NCBI RefSeq assembly: GCF_009914755.1
Contig: NC_060940.1
Direction: 5' to 3' (one strand)
Source of the DNA: the human T2T-CHM13v2.0 reference genome, Homo sapiens
DNA length: 64,000 bases
Part shown: positions 12,220 through 27,400 of the stretch, one piece after another
Numbering within the stretch: position 1 is the stretch's first letter
Layout: each line of letters opens with the position of its first letter
Program-made: the position numbers and the translations under genes
Notes under the pieces: model-generated
Seen by the model: the letters and a program-made list of their open reading frames with translations, nothing else
Databases searched by the model: none
Told to the model about the DNA's origin: nothing

Positions 12220-15200
12220 GAGTCCATTTAATGAATCCATTGGTTTCAATTCTATGATGATTACATTGGATTCCATTCGTTGATGATTTCATTCGGTTCC
12301 ATTCAATGATGATTCCATTCAATTCCTTTCAATGTTTCCATTCAATTCCATACGATGATGATTCCATTTGATTTGATTCGACAGTGAGCCATTCGATTCA
12401 ATTCCATGATGATTCTATTTGATTCAATTGGTTGACATTTCCATTCGATTCCATTCGATGATGATTCCCTTTGATTCCGTTCAAAGATGATTCCATTCTA
12501 GCCCATTCAATCATTCCATTCGATTCTATTCAATGATGATTCCATTCATGTCGATTTGGTGATTCCATTTGACTTCATTTGATGATGATTCCTTTCAAGT
12601 TCATTAGATGATTCCATTCGATTCCATTTGATGATGATCCCATTCGAGTCCATTCAGTGATTCCATTCGTTTCCATTCCATGATGATTCCATTCCTTTCC
12701 ATTCAATGATTCCATTCGATTCCGTTTGATGATGATTTCATTCGAGTCCATTTGATGATTCCATTTGATTCCATTCGATGATGATTCCATTCGAGTCCAT
12801 TCGATGATTCTATTCGAATCCATTTGATGATTTCTTTTGATTATATTTGGTGATGATTCCATTGGAGTCTCTTCAATGATTCCATTCTATTCCAATCGAT
12901 GATGATTCCATTAGAGTCCATTTAATGATTCCATTTGATTCCAGTCTCTGATGATTACATTCGAGTCCATACGATGATTCCACTCAATTCCATATGATGA
13001 TGATTCCATTTGATTCCATTCGGTGATTCCATTCTATTCTATTCAATGGTGATTCCTTTCGAGTACATTAGATGATTCCATTCGATTCCATTCAATGATG
13101 ATTCTATTTGTGTCCCTTAGATGATTCCACATGATTCCATTAGATGATGATACTATTTGAGCCCATCCAATGATTCCCTTCGATTCCATTCGATGAGGAT
13201 TCCATTCAATTCAATTCATTGGTGATTCTATTCAATTCAATTCTTTGATTCCATTCCATTCCATTCGACAATGATTCCATTCGATTTCTTTCGATGATTC
13301 CACTCGATTCCACTTGACATTGATTCCATTCGATTCCATTCAATGATTCCATTTGATTCCAGTGGATGATGATTGCCATCGATTCCATTCGATCACTCCA
13401 TTCTATTCCATTTGATGATGATTACATTCGATTCCATTTGATGATTCCATCTGATTCTATTCGAGGATTCCATTTGATTCCATTCGATGATGATTCCATT
13501 CGAGTCCATTCGATGATTTCATTCGAGTACATCCAATGATTCCATTCGAGTCCATTAGATGATTCCATTTGATTCCATTTGAAAATGATTCTACTAGAGT
13601 CCATTCAATGACTCCATTCGAGTCCATTCAACAATTCCATTCGACTCCATTCGATGATTCCATTCGATTCCATTTGATGGTTCCATTCGAGTCCATTTAA
13701 TCATTACAGTCGAGTCCATTTGGTGATTCCACTGGATTTCTTTTGATAATGATACCATTCAATTACATTTGATGATGATCCCATTCAATTTCATTTGATG
13801 ATGATTCCATTAGAGTCCATTCGATGATTTCATTCGAGTCCCTTCATTGATTCCATCCGATTTCATTGGATGATGACTCCATTCGAGTCCATTCGATGAT
13901 TCCACTCGATTCCATTAGATGACTCCATTGGAGACCATTTGATTGTTCCATTCGATTCCATTCGATTCCTTTCGAAGATTATTCCATTTGAGTCCATTCG
14001 ATGATGATTCCATTCCATTCCATTCGATGATTCCGTTTGATTCCATTCGATGATTCCCTTCGATTCCTTTCTTTGATGATTCCATTCCATTCCATTCAAT
14101 GATTCCATTCGAATCTATTCCATGATGATTCCTTTCGATTCCATTCGCTGATGTTTCCGTTCAATTCCATTCGATGATGATTCCATTCGATTCCATTCAT
14201 TGAGGATTCCATTTGATTCCATTCAATGATGATTCCATTCTATTCCATTCAATGATTGCATTCAATTCCATTCAATGATTATCCCATTAGAGTAAACTCA
14301 ACGATTCCATTCAATACCATTCGATGATGATTCCTTTTGAGTCCATTCAATGATTTCATTCAAGTCCATTTGATGATTCCTTTCAATTCCATTCTATGGT
14401 GATTCCATTCGAGTCCATTCGATGATTCCATTCGATTGCATTCGATGATTCCATTATATTCCATTCAATGATGATTCCATTCGAGTCCATTCGATGTTTC
14501 CACTAGAGTACATTTATTGATTGCTTTGTTTTCAATTCGAAGATGATTACATTGGATTCCATTCTATGATACCATTCGATTCCATTCAATGATGATTCCA
14601 CTCAAATCCATTGGATGATTCCATTCGCGTCCATTCGGTGATTTCATTAGATTCCATTCGAGGATGATTCCATTCGATTCCATTCGATGATTCCATTCAA
14701 TTCCATTCGATGATGATTCCATTCCAGTCCATATGATCATTCCATTTGATTTCATTCGATGATGATTCCATTCGATTCCATTCGACGATTCCATTCTATT
14801 CCATTCGATGATGATTCCATTCGAGTCCATTCGATCAATCCATTCGAGTCCATTTAATGATTCCATTGGGTTCAATTCAATGATGATTACATTGGATTCC
14901 GTTCTATGATTCCATTCAATTCCGTTCATTGACAATTTGATTCCATTCGATGATGATTCCATTTGAGTTCATTCGATGATTCTATTCGATTCTCTTCGAT
15001 GGTGATTCAATTCTATTATATTGGATGATTCCATTCGATTCCATTTGATGTTGATTCAATTCGATTCTATTCGATGATGATTCCATTGGATTTCACTTGA
15101 TGATTCTATTCGATTCCATTCAATGATGATTCACTTCTCGTCCATTGGATGATTCCATTTCATTCCATTCGATGATGATTCCATTCGATTCCATTCGTTG

Positions 15201-18200
15201 ATTCCATTTGATTCCATGCGACGGTGAGCAATTCGATTCAATTCCATGATGATTCTATTTGATTCAATTAGATGATGTTTCCATTCGAATCCATTCCATG
15301 ATTATTCCATTGGAATCCATTCGGCGATGATTCCATATGAGTCAATTCAATGATGATTCCATATGGGTCCGTTCGATGATAATTCCATTTGATTTCATTC
15401 GATGCTTCTATTCTATTCCAGTCGGTGATGATTCCGTTGGAGTCCATACGATGATTCCATTTGATTTCATTTGATGATGATTCCATTCGATGATGATTAC
15501 ATTGGATTCCATTCTATGATTCCATTCAATTCCATTCGTTGATGATTCGATTCCATTCAATGATGATTCCATTTGAGTTCATTCGATGATTCTATTCGAT
15601 TCCGTTCGATGGTGATTCAATTCTATTATATTGGATGATTCCACTCGATTCCATTTGATGATTATTCCATTGGAGTCCACTTAGTGAATCCTTTAGATTC
15701 TACTCGACGATGATTCCATTCGAGTCCATTCGATGATACCATTCAATTCCATTCGTTGATGCTTCCATTCAAGTGCATTCGATGATATCATTCGATTCCA
15801 TTTGATGATAATTCCATTTGATTCCATGCGATGATTCTATTCGATTCCATTCAATGATAATTCCATTCAATTCAGTGATTCCTCTGGACTCCATTTGATG
15901 ATGATTCCATTCAATGATTCCATTCGATTCTATTCGAAAATGATTCCATTTGATTCTATTCGAAAATGATTCCATTTGAATCCATTTGATGATGATTCCA
16001 TTAGATTCCATTTGATGATTCCATTCGATTCCATTCGACGATGATTCCATTCGATTCCGTTTGATGATTCCATTCTATTCTATTCGATGATGATTCCATT
16101 CGATTCCATTCGATGATGATTGGATTCGATTCCATTGGATGATTTCATTTGATTCCATTCGTTAATGATTTCGATCAATTCCATTCGATGATTCCATTCG
16201 ATTCCATTCGATAATGATTACATCCGAGTCCATTCAATGATTCCCTTTGAGCCTGTTCGATAATTCCATTTGAGTCCAACCAATGATTCCATTCATTTCC
16301 ATTCAATGATTCCATTCGAGTCCATTTGATCATTCCGGTAGGGTCCATTCGATGTTGATTCCATTGGAGTGCATTCGATGATTCCATTCGAGTCCATTTT
16401 AGGATTTGATTCGAGTCCTTTCGATGATTCCATTCGATTCCACTCGATGATGATTTCATTCGAGTCCATTCGACACTTCCAATCGATTCCATTTGATGAT
16501 TCCATTCGAGTCCAATTGATGATTCCATTCAATTCCATTCGATGATGATTCCGTACGATTCCATTCTGTGATGATTCCATGTGATTGCATTCAATGATGA
16601 TTCCTTTCGATTGCATTCGATTATGATTCATTTCGTGTTCATTCTATGGTTCCACAGGTTTCCATTCGTGTCCATTCCATTATTCCATTCTATTCCATTT
16701 GATGATGATTCCATTCGATTCCATTCATTGGTGATTCCACTCAATTCCATTCAATGATTCCATTCCATTTCTTTCAACAATGATTCCATTAGTTTCTAAT
16801 CGATGATCCACTTGATTCCATTTGACGACGATTCCATTCTTGTCCATTCGATGATTCCATTTGATTCCATATGATGATGATTCCATTCGATTCCATACCA
16901 TGATGATTCCATTCGAGTCCATTCAATGGTGATTCCATTCAATTCCATTCGATGATTCCTTTCGATTCCATTCGATGATGATGGCATTCGATTCCTTTCA
17001 ATCATTCCCTTTGATTCCATTCAAAGGTGATTTCATTCAAGTCCATTCGATAATTGCATTCGATTCCATTCTATGATGATTCCATTCGAGTCCATTTGAT
17101 GATTCCATTCAATTCAAGTCAATGATGATTCCATTCGATTCCATTCGATGATTCCATTGGATTCCATTCGATGATGATTCCATTCAAATCCATTCGATAA
17201 TTCAATTCAACTCCATTCGATGATGATTCCAATCGAATCCATTCAAAGATTCCATTCTGTTCCATTCGATGATTCCCTTAGATTCCATTCGATGATTCCA
17301 CTTGATTGCATTTACGATGATTCCATTCGATTCCATGTGATGATTCCATTCAATTCTATTCAATGATGTCTCCGTTTGATTCCATTCGACCATGATTGCC
17401 TTTGATTCCATTCAATGATTCCATTCGGTTCCGTTTGATGATGATTCCGTTCGATTCCATTTGATGATTCCATTTGATTCCATTGGATGAGTCCATTCGA
17501 TTACATTCGATGATTATTCCATTCGAGTGCATTAGATGATTCCATTCGAGTCCATTCGATGATTCCATTCGATTCCATTCGATGTTGATTCTGTTCAAAT
17601 CCATTCGATGATTCCACTCGATTCCATTCGTTGACTCCATTTGATCCCATTCGATGATTTCCTTTGATTCCCTTTGATGATCATTCCATTTGATTCAATT
17701 CGGTGATTTCATTTGATTCCATTCAGTGATGTTTCCATTCGACTCCATTCGATGATGATTCCATTCGACTCCATTCGATTATGATTTCATTCAATTCCAT
17801 TCGATAATGATTCCCTTCGAGTCCATTCGATGATTCCATTCGATTCCATTCAACGATGATTTGATTCGTGTCCATTCGATGATTCCATTTGATTCCACTT
17901 GATGATGATTCCATTCGAGTCCATTTGATGATTCCATTCAATTCCATACTCCGATGATTTCTTTTGAGCCCACTCAATGCTTCCACTCGATTCCATATGA
18001 TGATGACTCCATTCGATGAAATTCGATGATGATTCCATTCGCTTGCTTTCGATGATGATTCCACTTGAGTCCGTTAGAAGATTCTATTCAATTACATTCC
18101 ATGACGATTCCGTTCGAGTCCATTTGATGATTCCATTAGACTCCATTCGACGATGATTCCATTCGATGTTATTCGATGATTCCATTCGATCTCATTCGAT

Positions 18201-18357
18201 GATGATTCCATTCAACTCCATTCGATGTTTCCATTCGAGTTCATTCTATTAATCCATTAGATTCCATTCGATGATGATTCCATTCGATTCCATTTGATGA
18301 TTGCATTCTATTTCATTTGATGATGATTCCATTCGAGTCCACTCGATGATTCCATTC
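12220..18357 (+). repeat. 6.1-kb HSat2 unit 3 (6138 bp; type A with a private 26-bp tandem duplication)
   Basis: Landmark at 12220 and 18358; GATTCTATTCGAAAATGATTCCATTT is duplicated at 15926-15977. Confidence 0.93.
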
Positions 18358-21300
18358 GAGTCCATTTAATGAATCCATTGGTTTCAATTCTATGATGATT
18401 ACATTGGATTCCATTCGTTGATGATTTCATTCGGTTCCATTCAATGATGATTCCATTCAATTCCTTTCAATGTTTCCATTCAATTCCATACGATGATGAT
18501 TCCATTTGATTTGATTCGACAGTGAGCCATTCGATTCAATTCCATGATGATTCTATTTGATTCAATTGGTTGACATTTCCATTCGATTCCATTCGATGAT
18601 GATTCCCTTTGATTCCGTTCAAAGATGATTCCATTCTAGCCCATTCAATCATTCCATTCGATTCTATTCAATGATGATTCCATTCATGTCGATTTGGTGA
18701 TTCCATTTGACTTCATTTGATGATGATTCCTTTCAAGTTCATTAGATGATTCCATTCGATTCCATTTGATGATGATCCCATTCGAGTCCATTCAGTGATT
18801 CCATTCGTTTCCATTCCATGATGATTCCATTCCTTTCCATTCAATGATTCCATTCGATTCCGTTTGATGATGATTTCATTCGAGTCCATTTGATGATTCC
18901 ATTTGATTCCATTCGATGATGATTCCATTCGAGTCCATTCGATGATTCTATTCGAATCCATTTGATGATTTCTTTTGAATATATTTGGTGATGATTCCAT
19001 TGGAGTCCATTCAATGATTCCATTCTATTCCAATCGATGATGATTCCATTAGAGTCCATTTAATGATTCCATTTGATTCCAGTCTCTGATGATTACATTC
19101 GAGTCCATACGATGATTCCACTCAATTCCATATGATGATGATTCCATTTGATTCCATTCGGTGATTCCATTCTATTCTATTCAATGGTGATTCCATTCGA
19201 GTACATTAGATGATTCCATTCGATTCCATTCAATGATGATTCTATTTGTGTCCCTTAGATGATTCCACATGATTCCATTACATGATGATACTATTTGAGC
19301 CCATCCAATGATTCCCTTCGATTCCATTCGATGAGGATTCCATTCGATTCAATTCATTGGTGATTCTATTCAATTCAATTCTTTGATTCCATTCCATTCC
19401 ATTCGACAATGATTCCATTCGATTTCTTTCGATGATTCCACTCGATTCCACTTGACATTGATTCCATTCGATTCCATTCAATGATTCCATTTGATTCCAG
19501 TGGATGATGATTGCCATCGATTCCATTCGATCACTCCATTCTATTCCATTTGATGATGATTACATTCGATTCCATTTGATGATTCCATCTGATTCTATTC
19601 GAGGATTCCATTTGATTCCATTCGATGATGATTCCATTCGAGTCCATTTGATGATTTCATTCGAGTACATCCAATGATTCCATTCGAGTCCATTAGATGA
19701 TTCCATTTGATTCCATTTGAAAATGATTCTACTAGAGTCCATTCAATGACTCCATTCGAGTCCATTCAACAATTCCATTCGACTCCATTCGATGATTCCA
19801 TTCGATTCCATTTGATGGTTCCATTCGAGTCCATTTAATCATTACAGTCGAGTCCATTTGGTGATTCCACTGGATTTCTTTTGATAATGATACCATTCAA
19901 TTACATTTGATGATGATCCCATTCAATTTCATTTGATGATGATTCCATTAGAGTCCATTCGATGATTTCATTCGAGTCCCTTCATTGATTCCATCCGATT
20001 TCATTGGATGATGACTCCATTCGAGTCCATTCGATGATTCCACTCGATTCCATTAGATGACTCCATTGGAGTCCATTTGATTGTTCCATTCGATTCCATT
20101 CGATTCCTTTCGAAGATTATTCCATTTGAGTCCATTCGATGATGATTCCATTCCATTCCATTCGATGATTCCGTTTGATTCCATTCGATGATTCCCTTCG
20201 ATTCCTTTCTTTGATGATTCCATTCCATTCCATTCAATGATTCCATTCGAATCTATTCCATGATGATTCCTTTCGATTCCATTCGCTGATGTTTCCGTTC
20301 AATTCCATTCGATGATGATTCCATTCGATTCCATTCATTGAGGATTCCATTTCATTCCATTCAATGATGATTCCATTCTATTCCATTCAATGATTGCATT
20401 CAATTCCATTCAATGATTATCCCATTAGAGTAAACTCAACGATTCCATTCAATACCATTCAATGATGATTCCTTTTGAGTCCATTCAATGATTTCATTCA
20501 AGTCCATTTGATGATTCCTTTCAATTCCATTCTATGATGATTCCATTCGAGTCCATTCGATGATTCCATTCAATTGCATTCGATGATTCCATTATATTCC
20601 ATTCAACGGTGATTCCATTCGAGTCCATTCCATGATTCCATTAGAGTACATTTAATGATTGCTTTGTTTTCAATTCGAAGATGATTACATTGGATTCCAT
20701 TCTATGATACCATTCGATTCCATTCAATGATGATTCCACTCAAATCCATTGGATGATTCCATTCGTGTCCATTCGGTGATTTCATTAGATTCCATTCGAG
20801 GATGATTCCATTCGATTCCATTCGATGATTCCATTCAATTCCATTCGATGATGATTCCATTCCAGTCCATATGATCATTCCATTTGATTTCATTCGATGA
20901 TGATTCCATTCGATTCCTTTCGACGATTCCATTCTATTCCATTCGATGATGATTCCATTCGAGTCCATTCGATGATTCCATTCGAGTCCATTTAATGATT
21001 CCATTGGGTTCAATTCAATGATGATTACATTGGATTCCGTTCTATGATTCCATTCAATTCCGTTCATTGACAATTTGATTCCATTCGATGATGATTCCAT
21101 TTGAGTTCATTCGATGATTCTATTCGATTCTCTTCGATGGTGATTCAATTCTATTATATTGGATGATTCCATTCGATTCCATTTGATGTTGATTCAATTC
21201 GATTCTATTCGATGATGATTCCATTGGATTTCACTTGATGATTCTATTCGATTCCATTCAATGATGATTCACTTCTCGTCCATTGGATGATTCCATTTCA

Positions 21301-24300
21301 TTCCATTCGATGATGATTCCATTCGATTCCATTCGATGATTCCATTTGATTCCATGCGACGGTGAGCAATTCGATTCAATTCCATGATGATTCTATTTGA
21401 TTCAATTAGATGATGTTTCCATTCGAATCCATTCCATGATTATTCCATTGGAATCCATTCGGCGATGATTCCATATGAGTCAATTCAATGATGATTCCAT
21501 ATGGGTCCGTTCGATGATAATTCCATTTGATTTCATTCGATGCTTCTATTCTATTCCAGTCGATGATGATTCCGTTGGAGTCCATACGATGATTCCATTT
21601 GATTTCATTTGATGATGATTCCATTCGATGATGATTACATTGGATTCCATTCTATGATTCCATTCAATTCCATTCGTTGATGATTCGATTCCATTCAATG
21701 ATGATTCCATTTGAGTTCATTCGATGATTCTATTCGATTCCGTTCGATGGTGATTCAATTCTATTATATTGGATGATTCCACTCGATTCCATTTGATGAT
21801 TATTCCATTGGAGTCCACTTAGTGAATCCTTTAGATTCTACTCGACGATGATTCCATTCGAGTCCATTCGATGATACCATTCAATTCCATTCGTTGATGC
21901 TTCCATTCAAGTGCATTCGATGATATCATTCGATTCCATTTGATGATAATTCCATTTGATTCCATGCGATGATTCTATTCGATTCCATTCAATGATAATT
22001 CCATTCAATTCAGTGATTCCTCTGGACTCCATTTGATGATGATTCCATTCAATGATTCCATTCGATTCTATTCGAAAATGATTCCATTTGAATCCATTTG
22101 ATGATGATTCCATTAGATTCCATTTGATGATTCCATTCGATTCCATTCGACGATGATTCCATTCGATTCCGTTTGATGATTCCATTCTATTCTATTCGAT
22201 GATGATTCCATTCGATTCCATTCGATGATGATTGGATTCGATTCCATTTGATGATTTCATTTGATTCCATTCGTTAATGATTTCGATCAATTCCATTCGA
22301 TGATTCCATTCGATTCCATTCGATAATGATTACATCCGAGTCCATTCTATGATTCCATTGGAGCCTGTTCGATAATTCCATTTGAGTCCAACCAATGATT
22401 CCATTCATTTCCATTCAATGATTCCATTCGAGTCCATTTGATCATTCCGGTAGGGTCCATTCGATGTTGATTCCATTGGAGTGCATTCGATGATTCCATT
22501 CGAGTCCATTTTAGGATTTGATTCGAGTCCTTTCGATGATTCCATTCGATTCCACTCGATGATGATTTCATTCGAGTCCATTCGACACTTCCAATCGATT
22601 CCATTTGATGATTCCATTCGAGTCCAATTGATGATTCCATTCAATTCCATTCGATGATGATTCCGTACGATTCCATTCTGTGATGATTCCATGTGATTGC
22701 ATTCAATGATGATTCCTTTCGATTGCATTCAATTATGATTCATTTCGTGTTCATTCTATGGTTCTACAGGTTTCCATTCGTGTCCATTCCATTATTCCAT
22801 TCTATTCCATTTGATGATGATTCCATTCGATTCCATTCATTGGTGATTCCACTCAATTCCATTCAATGATTCCATTCCATTTCTTTCAACAATGATTCCA
22901 TTAGTTTCTAATCGATGATCCACTTGATTCCATTTGACGACGATTCCATTCTTGTCCATTCGATCATTCCATTTGATTCCATATGATGATGATTCCATTC
23001 GATTCCATACCATGATGATTCCATTCGAGTCCATTCAATGGTGATTCCATTCAATTCCATTCGATGATTCCTTTCGATTCCATTCGATGATGATGGCATT
23101 CGATTCCTTTCAATCATTCCCTTTGATTCCATTCAAAGGTGATTTCATTCAAGTCCATTCGATAATTGCATTCGATTCCATTCTATGATGATTCCATTCG
23201 AGTCCATTTGATGATTCCATTCAATTCAAGTCAATGATGATTCCATTCAATTCCATTCGATGATTCCATTGGATTCCATTCGATGATGATTCCATTCAAA
23301 TCCATTCGATAATTCAATTCAAGTCCATTCGATGATGATTCCAATCGAATCCATTCAAAGATTCCATTCTGTTCCATTCGATGATTCCCTTAGATTCCAT
23401 TCGATGATTCCACTTGATTGCATTTACGATGATTCCATTCGATTCCATGTGATGATTCCATTCAATTCTATTCAATGATGTCTCCATTTGATTCCATTCG
23501 ACCATGATTGCCTTTGATTCCATTCAATGATTCCATTCGGTTCCGTTTGATGATGATTCCGTTCGATTCCATTTGATGATTCCATTTGATTCCATTGGAT
23601 GAGTCCATTCGATTACATTCGATGATTATTCCATTCGAGTGCATTAGATGATTCCATTCGAGTCCATTCGATGATTCCATTCGATTCCATTCGATGTTGA
23701 TTCTGTTCAAATCCATTCGATGATTCCACTCGATTCCATTCGTTGACTCCATTTGATCCCATTTGATGATTTCCTTTGATTCCCTTTGATGATCATTCCA
23801 TTTGATTCAATTCGGTGATTTCATTTGATTCCATTCAGTGATGTTTCCATTCGACTCCATTCGATGATGATTCCATTCGACTCCATTCGATTATGATTTC
23901 ATTCAATTCCATTCGATAATGATTCCCTTCGAGTCCATTCGATGATTCCATTCGATTCCATTCAACGATGATTTGATTCGTGTCCATTCGATGATTCCAT
24001 TTGATTCCACTTGACGATGATTCCATTCGAGTCCATTTGATGATTCCATTCAATTCCATACTCCGATGATTTCTTTTGAGCCCACTCAATGCTTCCACTC
24101 GATTCCATATGATGATGACTCCATTCGATGAAATTCGATGATGATTCCATTCGCTTGCTTTCGATGATGATTCCACTTGAGTCCGTTAGAAGATTCTATT
24201 CAATTACATTCCATGACGATTCCGTTCGAGTCCATTTGATGATTCCATTAGACTCCATTCGACGATGATTCCATTCGATGTTATTCGATGATTCCATTCG

Positions 24301-24469
24301 ATCTCATTCGATGATGATTCCATTCAACTCCATTCGATGTTTCCATTCGAGTTCATTCTATTATTCCATTAGATTCCATTCGATGATGATTCCATTCGAT
24401 TCCATTTGATGATTGCATTCTATTTCATTTGATGATGATTCCATTCGAGTCCACTCGATGATTCCATTC
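18358..24469 (+). repeat. 6.1-kb HSat2 unit 4 (6112 bp; type A, last ~1.2 kb shares variants with units 5-10)
   Basis: Landmark at 18358 and 24470. Carries ATTACATG at ~19281. From ~23250 onward it carries variants shared with later units (GATCCCATTTG ~23764, CTTGACGATG ~24015). Confidence 0.92.
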
Positions 24470-27400
24470 GAGTCCATTTAATGAATCCATTGGTTTCAAT
24501 TCTATGATGATTACATTGGATTCCATTCGTTGATGAATTCATTCGGCTCCATTCAATGATGATTCCATTCAATTCCTTTCAATGTTTCCATTCAATTCCA
24601 TACGATGATGATTCCATTTGATTTGATTCGACAGTGAGCCATTCGATTCAATTCCATGATGATTCTATTTGATTCAATTGGTTGACATTTCCATTCGATT
24701 CCATTCGATGATGATTCCCTTTGATTCCGTTCAAAGATGATTCCATTCTAGCCCATTCAATCATTCCATTCGATTCTATTCAATGATGATTCCATTCATG
24801 TCGATTTGGTGATTCCATTTGACTTCATTTGATGATGATTCCTTTCAAGTTCATTAGATGATTCCATTCGATTCCATTTGATGATGATCCCATTCGAGTC
24901 CATTCAGTGATTCCATTCGTTTCCATTCCATGATGATTCCATTCCTTTCCATTCAATGATTCCATTCGATTCCGTTTGATGATGATTTCATTCGAGTCCA
25001 TTTGATGATTCCATTTGATTCCATTCGATGATGATTCCATTCGAGTCCATTCGATGATTCTATTCGAATCCATTTGATGATTTCTTTTGATTATATTTGG
25101 TGATGATTCCATTGGAGTCCATTCAATGATTCCATTCGATTCCAATTGATGATGATTCCATTAGAGTCCATTTAATGATTCCATTTGATTCCAGTCTCTG
25201 ATGATTACATTCGAGTCCATACGATGATTCCACTCAATTCCATATGATGATGATTCCATTCGATTCCATTCGATGATTCCATTCTATTCTATTCAATGGT
25301 GATTCCATTCGAGTACATTAGATGATTCCATTCGATTCCATTCAATGATGATTCTATTTGTGTCCCTTAGATGATTCCACATGATTCCATTAGATGATGA
25401 TACTATTTGAGCCCATCCAATGATTCCCTTCGATTCCATTCGATGAGGATTCCATTCGATTCAATTCATTGGTGATTCTATTCAATTCAATTCTTTGATT
25501 CCATTCCATTCCATTCGACAATGATTCCATTCGATTTCTTTCGATGATTCCACTCGATTCCACTTGACATTGATTCCATTCGATTCCATTCAATGATTCC
25601 ATTTGATTCCAGTGGATGATGATTGCCATCGATTCCATTCGATCACTCCATTCTATTCCATTTGATGATGATTACATTCGATTCCATTTGATGATTCCAT
25701 CTGATTCTATTCGAGGATTCCATTTGATTCCATTCGATGATGATTCCATTCGAGTCCATTCGATGATTTCATTCGAGTACATCCAATGATTCCATTCGTG
25801 TCCATTTGATGATTCCATTTGTTTCCATTTGATTATGATTCTACTAGAGTCCATTCAATGACTCCATTCGAGTGCATTCAACAATTCCATTCGACTCCAT
25901 TCGATGATTGCATTCGATTCCATTTGATGATTCCATTCGAGTCCATTTAATCATTACAGTCGAGTCCATTTGGTGATTCCACTGGATTTCTTTTGATAAT
26001 GATACCATTCCATTACATTTGATGATGATCCCATTCAATTTCATTTGATGATGATTCCCTTAGAGTCCATTCGATGATTTCATTCGAGTCCTTTCATTGA
26101 TTCCATCCGATTTCATTTGATGATGACTCCATTCGAGTCCATTCGATGATTCCACTCGATTCCATTAGATGATTCCATTGGAGTCCATTTCATTGTTCCA
26201 TTCGATTCCATTCGATTCCTTTCGAAGATTATTCCATTTGAGTCCATTCGATGATGATTACATTCCATTCCATTCGATGATTCCATTTGATTCCATTTGA
26301 TGATTCCCTTCGATTCCTTTCTTTGATGACTGCATTCCATTCCATTCAATGTTTCCATTCGAATCTATTCCATGATGATTCCTTTCGATTCCATTCGCTG
26401 ATGTTTCCGTTCAATTCCATTCGATGATGATTCCATTCGATTCCATTCATTGAGGATTCCATTTGATTCCATTCAATGATGATTCCGTTCTATTCCATTC
26501 AATGATTGCATTCAATTCCATTCAATGATTATCCCATTAGAGTGAACTCAACGATTCCATTCAATACCATTCGATGATGATTCCTTTTGAGTTCATTCAA
26601 TGATTTCATTCAAGTCCATTTGATGATTCCTTTCAATTCCATTCTATGATGATTCCATTCGAGTCCATTCGATGATTCCATTCGATTGCATTCCATGATT
26701 CCATTATATTCCATTCAACGGTGATTCCATTCGAGTCCATTCGATGATTCCATTAGAGTACATTTAATGATTGCTTTGTTTTCAATTCGAAGATGATTAC
26801 ATTCGATTCCATTCTATGATACCATTCGATTCCATTCAATGATGATTCCACTCAAATCCATTGGATGATTCCATTCGTGTCCATTCGGTGATTTCATTAG
26901 ATTCCATTCGAGGATGATTCCTTTCGATTCCATTCGATGATTCCATTCAATTCCATTCGATGATGATTCCATTCGAGTCCATATGATCATTCCATTTGAT
27001 TTCATTCGATGATGATTCCATTCGATTCCATTCGATGATTCCATTCTATTCCTTTCGATGATGATTCCATTCGAGTCCATTCGATGATTCCATTCGAGTC
27101 CATTTAATGATTCCATTGGGTTCAATTCGATGATGATTACATTGGATTCCTTTCTATGATTCCATTCAATTCCGTTCATTGACAATTTGATTCCATTCGA
27201 TGATGATTCCATTTGAGTTCATTCGATGATTCTATTCGATTCTCTTCGATGGTGATTCAATTATATTATATTGGATGATGCCATTCGATTCCATTTGATG
27301 TTGATTCAATTCGATTCTATTCGATGATGATTCCATTGGATTTCACTTGATGATTCTATTCGATTCCATTCAATGATGATTCACTTCTCGTCCATTGGAT

